A stretch of 58,698 bases of DNA from Deltaproteobacteria bacterium. Lineage in GTDB: Bacteria > Desulfobacterota > Syntrophia > Syntrophales > UBA6807. The number at the start of each line of letters is the position of its first letter. Within the stretch, counting starts at the first letter, position 1. Below the pieces are notes generated by a model. That model was given only the letters and a program-made list of their open reading frames with translations, made no database searches and was not told the origin of the DNA. This document shows, piece after piece, positions 19,004 to 29,575 of the stretch. The stretch covers positions 1 through 58,698 of the forward strand of contig DSDU01000015.1 of NCBI GenBank assembly GCA_011056835.1, read 5' to 3'. Position numbers and translations under genes: made by a program.

Positions 19004-20385
19004 TCACATCTCCTTTTTTACAAGCTTTACTTTGCCCATCATACTCGAATCCCTGACAATCCGATGAACAAACACTACATAAATATCAGGACATACCAAT
19101 TTATACGATTTAAATTCTCTCCTCATCTTTTTCTTTATACTTTCCGCCACCGTCTTTTTTTCAGTCCCTTGCTTCAGAACAATTCGGAAATGGAGTCCGT
19201 CTTTCTTCTGAATTATCTGATATTCCCGGACCCGACTGAGCTTCGCCATTGGCCCATGGAAAAAATATGGAGGAATCGAAACTATCTTTCCACGCGCATC
19301 GACCATGGTAATAATATCATCATTCCTTCCCTCCATGAAGACGATGCGGCGAAAGGAACAGCCACAGGGGCATGGCGCATCGGTAACGGTCATCATGTCG
19401 GACATCTCATAACGGATGACGGGCTGAACATATTGATACAGGTTGGTGAATAAGATCTTATAACCGGGCATTCCATCGGGCACCGGACAATCATGATCAT
19501 CGACAACTTCAAAAATGCCGAGATCCTCGAACAGATGCATCCCCGTGCGATGCGCACATTCAATGGCAAGCGCACCTTCTGTCGTACTGTATGAATTGAA
19601 GGGTTCGATGTGCCAGGCCTGCCGGATCAGTTCTCTTGCTGTATCGGTCAGGACCTCGGCACTTGTAACAACAGTTGACGGTTTTATGCGCAAGCGTCCT
19701 TCCTGCTGCTCGGATGCAAGGAGAGATGCGATCGTTGCATATGCATGGATATAGCCCGGCTGAAAGTCATTCAATGCGTTTACGAGTGCATCTATTCTGT
19801 CCTTTGCTTCAAAACGCCTGTAATCATGAGATCCCATATCCATGCTTACAGCCCGGCGATAGCTGAGGTGCAAGGGAGTGTTTGCACCAATCGAGGCAAT
19901 CTTCATTCCCTCGATCGCAGAAGACCCATTAACGATGATGCCCTGTTCACGGCAGCAAGAATAACACTCCATGCCTCGCGACCATAAACAAAAACTCCGC
20001 GAAGGCCGGTACTGCCGGTTGTCGTAAGGACCCGATATTCTCCGAAGTAGTAATCATCAAAGGAAAGATTCTCAATGTAATCATTGATATCGTCTATCTT
20101 CAACCGTTGGTCAGTGATAACCCCATCAAAATTTTTCATAATACTCTGTTTGTTGATCACCGGTAGATCTTTCAGATTCACTGGGTGATCGAACGATATT
20201 TCATTGTATAAATCCCGGTAAAATGAAGAGTGCGCAACGGCATACCTGACCAGCCTATCGAGTTGTTGTTTTTGAAAGCGGAGCAATACCCTTCGGCTCC
20301 ATTTTTCTCGTTTTTTAAACTCTGACGAGAGAGCACGAGCCCTTTCAAAATCCTTCCGTCGTTTTCGATCTAACGCGGTTTCCAT
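19004..20385 (-). pseudogene. Phenylacetate-CoA ligase / coenzyme F390 synthetase-like adenylate-forming enzyme, split by one frameshift
   Basis: The N-terminal part (19903..20385) carries the TTGSTG P-loop. The C-terminal part (19004..19972) continues with ...YSTTEG...EVVDD... The two frames overlap at 19903-19972. Confidence 0.75.
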
Positions 20386-20822
20386 GGCCTTATTTTCTCA
20401 AAGCAAACCTTGTGTAAAAATACCCTGTCACAACCTTTCAGCACATCGCCCATAATCGGATTGCAACAATCGTTTGCTGCATGCGGTATAAGATTTTACG
20501 ACATAAACTTCGATGGTCCATCTCTTACCGAAAAGCAACGGTCGAAGCAAACGCGGCAGCAGGCATGGATTTCTTGCTCGGTTATTACAATTGTATGATT
20601 TCTCAATCAGCAGAGGGAAGGGTATCAAGAGGGACCATCCGCACCGTTCCTTCTTTCTCGTGGCAAATGATCCCTCTTGCGGACAGAAGGACTTCTTTAC
20701 TCACTGACGGCAAGAAATGACATCAATATTTCCCATGGCGGGAATACGGAAAATCGAATATTCATTGTCTATATGGAAAAGATTCATATCAAGAGGGAAA
20801 TGGTTATTCGATCCGTATCGGT

Positions 20823-21032
20823 TCAATCCTCAAGTCTAAACGACACGCTGACTCGCGCCCGATAACTGTTGACTTTTCCGTCCTCTATTGTCATATCCAG
20901 TTTTGTAATTTCCGCAATTCTCAACTCTGTCAGGCTTTTACCGGCTGTTTCCACGGCCTTTCTTGCCGCATCTTCCCATGAAATCGAACTTGTTCCCACC
21001 AGATCTATAAATTTATATACTCTTTCCGGCAT
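20823..21032 (-). CDS. Dodecin family flavin-binding protein
   Basis: The 69-aa product VYKFIDLVGTSSISWEDAARKAVETAGKSL..LRIAEI...YRARVSVSF fits dodecin. SD GGGAGGTG. Confidence 0.85.
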   Translation of the reverse strand: MPERVYKFIDLVGTSSISWEDAARKAVETAGKSLTELRIAEITKLDMTIEDGKVNSYRARVSVSFRLED

Positions 21033-21141
21033 AGTACACCTCCCTAACCATTTTTATACAAATTGCGTTTGATGGAATCGCAAAGAACTCACATATCGGA
21101 GCATATGGAGATCACGCATCATCCATGGTCGTTCCATACAT

Positions 21142-22059
21142 TTACAACCGCATTAATGCCTCGAACACAGTCATTCCTTCTCCCTTCTTTTTTACCGCCA
21201 GCAGCGGCATCGAAGTCGAATCGATAAGCTTTTCCGTCACACTTCCCAGGACGAACACAGCACCGCTTCTCCTCCCTCTTCCTCCGATGATCAAAAGGTC
21301 CACATAATGTTCACGCACATATTCATCAATGGCCTTACATACACTTCGTCCCAACTTATACACAGGACTTACGGTAATATTCCGGCGATTAATCCTTTCA
21401 ATAAATTTTGCAAAGTGGGTTTCGGCATGACCTTTCATAATTTCGGCAAACTGTTCGTAACTTTTGCCACTTTTATGATAACCGCTCGGGACGTCGTAAA
21501 TGTTGATACACCGGACAGTATCGAGATTCGCCGCTGATGCAAGTGAAAGGGCGATATCCAGCGCGTCACGGGATATTTCTGAAAAGTCAATCGGCACAAG
21601 GATGTTTGAGAATTCCGGTTTCATTCCTTCCGGTATGAATAAAACCGAACAGGGCGCCTTCCTGGCAATTTTCGCCGGGATGGTTCTTTTTGTCAGTTCG
21701 CTCCGTATTTTCCCAAGCACGAGCAAGTCTATATCCATATCTTTGAATTTACGCAGGAGATCAATATGGATTAACGGTGCATCTTCCATGATCATATATT
21801 CTTGTTTGGTTTCAGGTGATCCTTCAAAATATTTCGCCACAAGTTCCTTCATCCGCTCGTGAACGGCATCACCGGTAACACCTTGTATACCTTTATACTC
21901 ATTTTTTGTTTCTTCCTTTCCATCGGAACTGCCGATTACGTGAAGAAAATAGACCGTTTCTGTTGAAGCCAGTCGGCTGACCATGCCGGTATATCGCAAT
22001 TTCGCTTCATCCTGATCCCCTAAGGTTATGCTGACTACAATACGTTTAAATCGGTACAT
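21142..22059 (-). CDS. Tandem universal stress protein (two UspA domains)
   Basis: Two Usp-like halves, each ending in a ...LLVLG/LLIIGGRGR..G...LGSVTEKL type motif. ATG 22059 is preceded by AGGAGG with 5-nt spacing. Confidence 0.85.
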   Translation of the reverse strand: MYRFKRIVVSITLGDQDEAKLRYTGMVSRLASTETVYFLHVIGSSDGKEETKNEYKGIQGVTGDAVHERMKELVAKYFEGSPETKQEYMIMEDAPLIHIDLLRKFKDMDIDLLVLGKIRSELTKRTIPAKIARKAPCSVLFIPEGMKPEFSNILVPIDFSEISRDALDIALSLASAANLDTVRCINIYDVPSGYHKSGKSYEQFAEIMKGHAETHFAKFIERINRRNITVSPVYKLGRSVCKAIDEYVREHYVDLLIIGGRGRRSGAVFVLGSVTEKLIDSTSMPLLAVKKKGEGMTVFEALMRL

Positions 22060-22782
22060 AAGCACCTCCTCTTACTATTATGACAATTGTCGGAAAGATT
22101 ACCGGGAATGGTTATTCACCTGAAAAATACGTAGGGCATTGAGCATACATCCGTGAGAACAGAAATGCTGTCCCACCAGGAGGATTTATCCACTCAGGAT
22201 GCCGCCACATGATCACTTGCAGACTTGCTTATATTAAGCTATTATGCACCCCATTGCGTTTGGCATTAAGCGGCAGTGAATCACACTAAATGGATTTGAC
22301 CTTGGGGGTGACGTTCATTGATGACGTGGTATCAGTAGAAGCAACATTTACGAACCCTTCGCCGGTTGGAGTGCAGATTGAGTACCCGGGACATTTCCAG
22401 CAGCAGACTTCTGATAATTCACTAATTCTCATTTTACTGAAAGAGCTCGCTTTCAGAATTACTGAAAATCACATTATTGTCAACCCATTTTCACCAGTCT
22501 CATAATGATGTCTCACGCGGTCACAGTGTGCGATCTCAGCATAACGGTCAAGACAAAGCAATAATACCGAACGGGTTACCCGTAATCAATACAATACATC
22601 ACCATGATTCGTTAAAAGGACACGAGCAACGGCAAAGACGGAACAGACAGGAAATGCAATTCGTCATCATGGTGGAATTCTCTTCCCCTGCCGTGTTAAA
22701 AGTGATAGTTTTAAACATTCAAAAAGAATGCGGCTGCTTTCCGAATTCATTCATACTAAAAGCTGCAGAGTGATGAAGGCGC

Positions 22783-23481
22783 ATGTATGACTTGGTAGCA
22801 GATCACAAGGATTTCATCATTATCGACAAATCCCCCGGTGCCGGGTTTCACCGGGAAAACGATTCACCGGGCTTGGCGGCATCAATCAGAGGGAAACTCT
22901 CTATAAAAGGACTCTATCCTGTACATCGTCTCGACAGAATGACGTCGGGATTACTCATGTTCGGCAAGAACAAAAATACCGCCCGGCAGTTGGCCGATGA
23001 ATTTCACAGCCGGTCGGTGGAAAAATATTACATTGCGGTTTCCGACCGTCGTCCCAGGAAAAAGCAGGGACTGATTGCAGGGGACATGGATCGAACCCGG
23101 AGGGGAATGTGGAAGATGCTTCACAGCATGGCAAACCCTGCCGTCACTCAGTTTTTCAGCCGTTCCTTCGGTGACGAATTTCGAATGTTCATCATGAAAC
23201 CCCATACCGGCAAGACTCATCAACTCCGGGTCGCGTTAAACAGCATCGGCTCACCCGTTCTCGGAGATCCGCTTTATTATAAAACAAGCACCCACAGGGA
23301 CAACGTCGACAGAGGATATCTCCATTCGTACGCTCTCATCTTCAGTCTGCATGACGAAACCTTTCGGTTTGTCTGTAAGCCCCGTGTGGGACTGTTCTTT
23401 ACATGCGAATCTTTCAGAACAGCAATAAAAGAATACGAAAAACCATGGGATCTGCCATGGCCCCGCATGCCCTTTCGATAG
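22783..23481 (+). CDS. RluA-family pseudouridine synthase (no S4 domain)
   Basis: Catalytic motif VHRLDRMTSGLLMF, KYYIAV and HQLRVAL. Confidence 0.85.
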   Translation: MYDLVADHKDFIIIDKSPGAGFHRENDSPGLAASIRGKLSIKGLYPVHRLDRMTSGLLMFGKNKNTARQLADEFHSRSVEKYYIAVSDRRPRKKQGLIAGDMDRTRRGMWKMLHSMANPAVTQFFSRSFGDEFRMFIMKPHTGKTHQLRVALNSIGSPVLGDPLYYKTSTHRDNVDRGYLHSYALIFSLHDETFRFVCKPRVGLFFTCESFRTAIKEYEKPWDLPWPRMPFR

Positions 23482-23624
23482 GCCGTATATTCGGCTTTCT
23501 TACAACCATATGATCATCCTCAGCGCACGGCCCCTCAAAACTGATACCACACATACGGACCTCATCTTCATTTACACCCGTGTTTCAAACACCCCTCACT
23601 GATCATCATAGTCGCTCTTTTTGC

Positions 23625-23653
23625 TTGCTTTTCCCTTCCCGTTTTTTTATACT
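23625..23653 (+). promoter_or_regulatory. Sigma-70-like promoter (TTGCTT-17 nt-TATACT)
   Basis: TTGCTT at 23625-23630, a 17-nt spacer, and TATACT at 23648-23653. It lies in a gene-free interval. Confidence 0.45.
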
Positions 23654-23659
23654 GAAAGC

Positions 23660-23742
23660 GAACTTGCAAGTTGTTGTGACGTTGTTGGGTTCACCTGAAT
23701 AACTTAACCTCAAACTGCGGGCCTCCGAGCCCGCATTTTTAT
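23660..23742 (+). ncRNA. Candidate small RNA (~80 nt) ending in a strong intrinsic terminator
   Basis: No SD-led ORF. It contains the AACTTGCAAGTT palindrome and a duplicated GTTGTTG. The terminator GCGGGC-CTCCGA-GCCCGC (23717-23734) is followed by ATTTTTAT. Confidence 0.35.
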
Positions 23743-24069
23743 ACGGATCTCCTTACGCATCCCCTCCCCATCATTTGTCATTTTCTAAATTCATGGCAGC
23801 AGGTTTCAGTACTGATAATGTTTCATGGAAGGGATTGAATCGATTATCAAACCGTTATGGAGTCGGCAATCCTTCAGAATTGAAATGACATTCATACATT
23901 TCCAAGCGCAGATGCCTGCAATGCGGCACACGGAGCGATATCTTCACGCCTCTCTCCTTAAAAGAAAAACACCATGAAGAATTGTTAACGGGATATCACA
24001 CCCTGACATTTTCTTACCCGCAAATGCTGCTAAACCACCGAAGAGGTTCGAAACGCCCAAGAATCCAAA

Positions 24070-24264
24070 TCACCGTCGGCCGTGAGCAGCCGCGTCGGCC
24101 AGTTGACCGGATCTTTTCCGTGCATCCTGCTCAAGGTGACATCGTTTATACTTCTTTCCGCTTCCACACCAGCAGAGGTCATTTCTACCGAGCTTTGTAT
24201 TTTCCGGCGGTTTTTTTTGTGAAAAGAAAGTCCGTACAATATCGAGCATAAAATTTACTCCCAT
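24070..24264 (-). CDS. Small SEC-C motif (metal-binding) protein
   Basis: [13 protein letters not shown] is the SEC-C zinc motif. The start may be the internal Met at 24249. Confidence 0.6.
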   Translation of the reverse strand: MGVNFMLDIVRTFFSQKKPPENTKLGRNDLCWCGSGKKYKRCHLEQDARKRSGQLADAAAHGRR

Positions 24265-24732
24265 GTGATAATAAAATCATTTGTTTCCTTCACTGAGGCA
24301 TAAAGTTGTTTTATCTATCGTCAATCATTATGATTGTCAAGGCAATTCCTGGAAGTCGAACATGTCATATTGATTTATTCAAAAAGTCATGAAAACGTCG
24401 TTGTCCCGTCACAGAAATCTAAATACATTCATGATCAATAGTATCGCATTGGGTACAAACTGGTTGATCAATGCTTTGTATTTTATATTTGTCATATTTC
24501 ATTATAGCCCGGCATGATTGCTTGTTGCCAAGGTACTCAATGCCGACCGATAATATGATATTACCAATTGAATGGTTATGTGTTATTAATGGCTATTCCG
24601 GAACGGTGAATCATGATGTAACAAGTCGGAGAGGAGATGACCCGTGATGAGCGGTTTTCGATGTGACAATGCTTCCCGACCATGGAGATACTATGAAAGA
24701 AGCCCCCATACCTCGTTGACAGTGAGGAATAT

Positions 24733-26745
24733 ATGATTGATGAAACAATTGAGTCTCTCGTTGAGATCGATCCGTATCTTGCACCATATCGGTCTGAGCT
24801 GAAACGGAGGATCACAGCACCGTTGCATCGTGAAAAGCAGTTGACCTGCGAAGAAAAAAGCCTTTCTGATTTTGCCGCGGGCCACGAATATTTCGGACTG
24901 CATTTCAGGAATGACGAATGGATTATCCGTGAATGGGCACCCAATGCCACATCGATCTGCCTTATCGGCGATATGACCGCCTGGCGGGAAACCGACACCT
25001 TTCAACTGGATCGGATCGATGACAACGGCGTATGGGAAATTCGCCTGCCCTCGGGAAGAATGGATCATGGTGATCATTACCGGCTGCGACTTCACTGGCC
25101 GGGCGGCGAAGGCGATCGAATCCCTGCATATGCCCGTCGGGTGGTGCAGGATCCGACAACACTCATTTTCAATGCACAGGTCTGGTCTCCGCCATCACCC
25201 TACGAATGGAAATGCCACGACGATTACAGTCAGACAGCTCCCCCGTTTATCTACGAAGCCCACGTCGGCATGGCCCAGGAAGAGGAAAAGATCGGTACCT
25301 ATAGAGAGTTTACAGACCGAATCCTCCCGAGAATCGTGCAAGCAGGGTACACTACGATTCAACTCATGGCCATGCAGGAGCATCCTTACTATGGATCATT
25401 CGGTTACCAGGTATCAAATTTCTTTGCGGCATCGTCCCGCTTTGGAAGCCCGGAAGAACTGAAGGAACTTGTCGACACGGCCCACGCAATGGGCCTCAAG
25501 GTAATCATGGACATCATTCATTCGCATGCGGCATCAAATGAAATTGAAGGTCTGAGCAGATTTGACGGTACATTATATCAGTATTTTCATGGGGGTGCCC
25601 GGGGAATGCATCCCGCCTGGGACTCACGGTGCTTCGACTATGGGAAATACCAGGTACTGCATTTTCTTCTTTCGAATTGCCGGTTCTGGCTCGACGAATA
25701 TCATTTTGACGGCTTCCGCTTCGACGGAATCACGAGCATGCTCTATCTTCATCATGGTCTTAACAGGATTTTTGCCTCCTACGAAGAATACTTCGGCAAC
25801 AGTGTTGATAAGGATGCCCTTGTCTATCTGACACTGGCAAACAAGCTTATTCATGAAATAAAACCAAACGCGATCACCATTGCTGAAGATGTCAGCGGTA
25901 TGCCCGGCCTTGCCATTCCCATATCCCAGGGCGGAATGGGTTTTGATTACCGGTTTGCCATGGGTGTTCCTGATTATTGGATTAAGCTGACCAAGGAGAT
26001 CCCGGATGAAAACTGGCCGATGGGGCACGTTTGGTTCGAACTGAACAACTATAGAAGAAGTGAGAAATCAATCAGTTATTCCGAATCTCATGATCAGGCC
26101 CTTGTAGGGGATCAGACGCTGATTTTCAGGCTCATCGGCCCACATATGTACGATCACATGAACGTCGACGACAACCACCTTGATGTTGCACGAGGGATCG
26201 CCCTGCATAAACTCATACGACTCATTACGCTGGCCACTGCCGGCGACGGCTACCTGAACTTTATGGGAAACGAGTTCGGCCACCCCGAGTGGATTGATTT
26301 TCCGCGGCCGGGGAATAACTGGTCTTATCGATACGCACGGCGTCAATGGCATCTCGCTGATGACGCCGGCCTGAAGTATCACTTTCTCGGTCGGTTCGAT
26401 CACGACATGATCGACCTCGCGAAACAATATGACCTATTAGAATCACCGGCCCCTCACCTCATGCATGAACACAATGGTGATAAAATTATCGCCTTTGAAC
26501 GGGCAAATCTCCTCTTTGTCTTTAATTTTCATCCATCGTCATCTTATACGGACTATCGGTTCGATGTGCCCCCGGGGAAATATGAAATAATTTTTGACAG
26601 TGACGCTCCAAAATACGGGGGACATGGCCGTATTGATACGTCGCAACATCATTTTACCATGACGGCAGGGAACGAAAGTAGAATTCTGAACAATATCAGC
26701 CTCTATATTCCCACGCGAACCGCACTGGTCCTCAAGCGTGTATAA
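24733..26745 (+). CDS. glgB: 1,4-alpha-glucan branching enzyme (GH13, eukaryote-like subfamily)
   Basis: IYEAHVG, VIMDIIHSHAASN, DGFRFDGITSMLY, ITIAEDVSGMP and YSESHDQALVGD are GH13 catalytic regions. 670 aa. Confidence 0.9.
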   Translation: MIDETIESLVEIDPYLAPYRSELKRRITAPLHREKQLTCEEKSLSDFAAGHEYFGLHFRNDEWIIREWAPNATSICLIGDMTAWRETDTFQLDRIDDNGVWEIRLPSGRMDHGDHYRLRLHWPGGEGDRIPAYARRVVQDPTTLIFNAQVWSPPSPYEWKCHDDYSQTAPPFIYEAHVGMAQEEEKIGTYREFTDRILPRIVQAGYTTIQLMAMQEHPYYGSFGYQVSNFFAASSRFGSPEELKELVDTAHAMGLKVIMDIIHSHAASNEIEGLSRFDGTLYQYFHGGARGMHPAWDSRCFDYGKYQVLHFLLSNCRFWLDEYHFDGFRFDGITSMLYLHHGLNRIFASYEEYFGNSVDKDALVYLTLANKLIHEIKPNAITIAEDVSGMPGLAIPISQGGMGFDYRFAMGVPDYWIKLTKEIPDENWPMGHVWFELNNYRRSEKSISYSESHDQALVGDQTLIFRLIGPHMYDHMNVDDNHLDVARGIALHKLIRLITLATAGDGYLNFMGNEFGHPEWIDFPRPGNNWSYRYARRQWHLADDAGLKYHFLGRFDHDMIDLAKQYDLLESPAPHLMHEHNGDKIIAFERANLLFVFNFHPSSSYTDYRFDVPPGKYEIIFDSDAPKYGGHGRIDTSQHHFTMTAGNESRILNNISLYIPTRTALVLKRV

Positions 26746-26989
26746 TGCGATGTATCATCAATGCGCGTCATCCAACCCCGGCAACGAACATTTACCGCAC
26801 TTCACCACGACATCCCGCCACAGTCAGTCATCATAAAAAGTCATCCCTCTACAAATACTCCTACAAATTTTGTTGTTTGCAGAATCTTCCCTTGATTTCT
26901 TTTCTTCTTTTCCCTATAGTAGCGCTCATCCTTGCCCCGTGCTCAATATATATAGTTAATATCATTGATTATTCAAGCGCCTTCGCCTA

Positions 26990-27005
26990 TGGCACGCCTT
27001 ATGCT
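26990..27005 (+). promoter_or_regulatory. Sigma-54 (-24/-12) promoter candidate
   Basis: TGGCACGCCTTATGCT compared with the consensus TGGCACG-N4-TTGCW. GG and GC have the correct spacing. It lies about 55-60 nt upstream of the ORF at 27056/27065. Confidence 0.55.
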
Positions 27006-27064
27006 TATTCTATTCACAAAGAGAGCATGAAAAAAATTTCATTTTCTATGAGAGGATGGGAGTC

Positions 27065-27298
27065 ATGGCAGTATTGACACATTATGACATGAATGAAAAT
27101 GAACTGTCGGAAAGATTGAAATTCATCAGAGGGGCTGAAGATATTTTATCCCGGGCGGTCAAAGAATACTCGCGGTTAACAGGAATCGGGGTGCAAGAGA
27201 TACGAAATCATCTGTCAATTCGACATATTGATCAGTCGCTGGCCTGGGTCGAATTTGAATATCGGGATTCATACTTTTATTATCGCAAGCATGAATAA
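27065..27298 (+). CDS. Hypothetical small protein (77-80 aa)
   Basis: ORF 27056..27298. GGGAG precedes ATG 27065. No recognisable family. It sits downstream of the sigma-54-like element. Confidence 0.4.
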   Translation: MAVLTHYDMNENELSERLKFIRGAEDILSRAVKEYSRLTGIGVQEIRNHLSIRHIDQSLAWVEFEYRDSYFYYRKHE

Positions 27299-27565
27299 CT
27301 CATCAGTGTCCCCATGTCCTTACGTTGCTTATCACCACAAGTAAGATGACACCCTCTGCACTGGAGAGTACCTCGCTCAGCACCGATCACAACGGAAGTG
27401 CGATCCCGCCATATGCGCCCCCGAAGGAATATGTAGATTCGCTTCTGTGCTGATCCATATCTCCGGGGTACCGTTATTTCATCACCGATTTGATCAATGA
27501 CTTCCACATCCTGTCTGCTGAAATCGAAAACGATCGTATGGCAATAGTCTGAGGTAAAAAATTCA

Positions 27566-29236
27566 TCACCAATCCAATGACTCCCCGCAGAGCACCGAAT
27601 AGAGAGAATCATCCCGTTCATAAATGTCATGGCGAAAATGGACCACGTCATCAAAATCCGTCCAGGCGGTCCGGTACAGCAGATTCACCGGAATTTTCCG
27701 AGGAAGGTGGATGACCCGTCGTTCACCTGATACAATTACATTCCGTATCGCCGCAGGCGTCCACTCTTCATATTCACGAAGGACGTATGCCGCGAGTTCA
27801 ATGGGTTTTTCGATTCTGATGCACCCGGCGCTGAAGCCGCGACTGTTCATGGCAAAGAGCTCTTTATGGGGGGTATCGTGAAGATAAACGGCATACTTGT
27901 TGGGAAAAACGAACTTAATCCGACCGAGGGAATTCTGCGGGCCTGGATCCTGTCGTAATTTGTAATAAAAAGTTCCTCTCTCAAGGCGGGACCAGTCTAC
28001 AGTGGCCGGATCAATTTCCGGTGCGTCCCACCCCCAGTGTTTGAACACGCGGATCTTCTGAACGGTCAGAAAGTTTCTCTTCTTTTTGATCATGGGATAT
28101 ATGTCTTTTTCAACAAGCTTCGTGGGAATGTACCAATATGGATTGATTACCAGGTAGCTCATCATGCCGCTGAAGAGGGGGGTTTTCCGGTAGTTGCTCC
28201 CGACAACAACCTTCATAGTGAAAACAGATCTTTCATCCTCCACGGCGTCGAGCTGGAAATCAGCGATATTAATCATAATGGAAGACCAGGCCGCTTCGCG
28301 GGGAATCCAGCGCAATCGTTCCAGATTTACGACAATCTTTCGAATCCATTCACTGACCGGCACATTAATACAGGCTACGGTATCGGGACCGACAACACCG
28401 TCTACGGTAAGTCCGTGTCGCCTCTGATATCGTCGGACGGCTCGGCGAAGGTTATCATCAAACAAATCCGAATCGATACTATGCTGTGAAGGAAGATCAC
28501 CTGTAACAATCAGATGACGCCGCAGCAGTCTGACCCGATCATCGATCGTTCCGCTCCTCATTTTCAATCCCGGCGGCATCGCCGGCCACTCTCCCCGGCT
28601 TTCAATATCGCGATACTGTTTCAATGCGGCCCGAAGGCCGTGATATACTCGATGGGGAGGTCGAAGCGATTCCAAGGTTGATTCGACGGACTTTGCGACA
28701 AGCGCCACATGAAGGTGCCGAACAACATCCGTATGCCGGTGATCGATCATTTTCCGACGGCACATTGTATCTGAATCGATCAGTCCCGATGATATATGAC
28801 TGGCATACATGAGAAAAGCATTGGTCAGAAGCATGTCGATGTCGGCAAGCAACTCGGGATCATCATGCGGGGAAACGCCCTCTTTCATGTTTCGGATCAG
28901 TTCCTCAACGGTTGCCGTATGGTAATCACCGGGATACAGACCTTCCAGATAAGCGGCACGGATAACCCGAATAAGATCCTCTGCCTGGAAGCTGATTCCG
29001 GTTTCCTCGATCCACGCGGGACGGAAATCCCGTTCCTCATAAAATGGAGGCACAATGGATGACGCGCCGAGGAATTTCTGCCGACAGTATTTTAATTCGT
29101 TGACGGAACTGTTCTCAATCCTTTCTTTCAGGTGCCGGGCAACCATGGTGGTCACGGGACTTTCGGCAGCAACAGCCCACGAGAAGAACGCCGACGATAC
29201 GATGATAATGACCGTGATTGAAGCCCGTTTTAACAT
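27566..29236 (-). CDS. L,D-transpeptidase (YcbB-like: PG-binding domain plus YkuD domain)
   Basis: Signal peptide MLKRASITVIIIVSSAFFSWAVAA, PG_binding_1 motif RRYQRRHGLTVDGVVGPDT, and YkuD motif YLHDTPHKELF...SAGCIR. Confidence 0.9.
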   Translation of the reverse strand: MLKRASITVIIIVSSAFFSWAVAAESPVTTMVARHLKERIENSSVNELKYCRQKFLGASSIVPPFYEERDFRPAWIEETGISFQAEDLIRVIRAAYLEGLYPGDYHTATVEELIRNMKEGVSPHDDPELLADIDMLLTNAFLMYASHISSGLIDSDTMCRRKMIDHRHTDVVRHLHVALVAKSVESTLESLRPPHRVYHGLRAALKQYRDIESRGEWPAMPPGLKMRSGTIDDRVRLLRRHLIVTGDLPSQHSIDSDLFDDNLRRAVRRYQRRHGLTVDGVVGPDTVACINVPVSEWIRKIVVNLERLRWIPREAAWSSIMINIADFQLDAVEDERSVFTMKVVVGSNYRKTPLFSGMMSYLVINPYWYIPTKLVEKDIYPMIKKKRNFLTVQKIRVFKHWGWDAPEIDPATVDWSRLERGTFYYKLRQDPGPQNSLGRIKFVFPNKYAVYLHDTPHKELFAMNSRGFSAGCIRIEKPIELAAYVLREYEEWTPAAIRNVIVSGERRVIHLPRKIPVNLLYRTAWTDFDDVVHFRHDIYERDDSLYSVLCGESLDW

Positions 29237-29575
29237 GAGACACCTCGAAAACACACCCATTGAACAGTAAGCGGCTTGACATGAACTCACGATCACCCTC
29301 TCAGCACGCACTGTTCATTCGGCATCATAACCGTCCGGCAGTATCTTATCAACGGAAAAACATAAAGAGACACATTACTTTATCGTTAATTCTCATAAAC
29401 ATCGTTCAGTAACCAACGTCTGACACCATTTTCCCCGGCGCTCTTACGCCAAAAGATATTACAATACAACACTCTTTTCTGTCTTTTTTCAGAAAATATG
29501 ATATAAGCTCATCCCTTTCAGCACCGGAACTTAGCGCCGGGTTCAAATTATCCGGTATGGGAGCAACAAATAGTC

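Noticed and set aside
22290-22773. Two + strand ORFs (71 and 98 aa) in the Usp/RluA intergenic region. The region also holds a CTGAAAG-AGCTCG-CTTTCAG hairpin and a duplicated TTACTGAAA.
   Set aside because: The ORFs have no SD, odd composition and no family resemblance. The hairpin lacks a U-tract, and the repeats are short enough to be chance.
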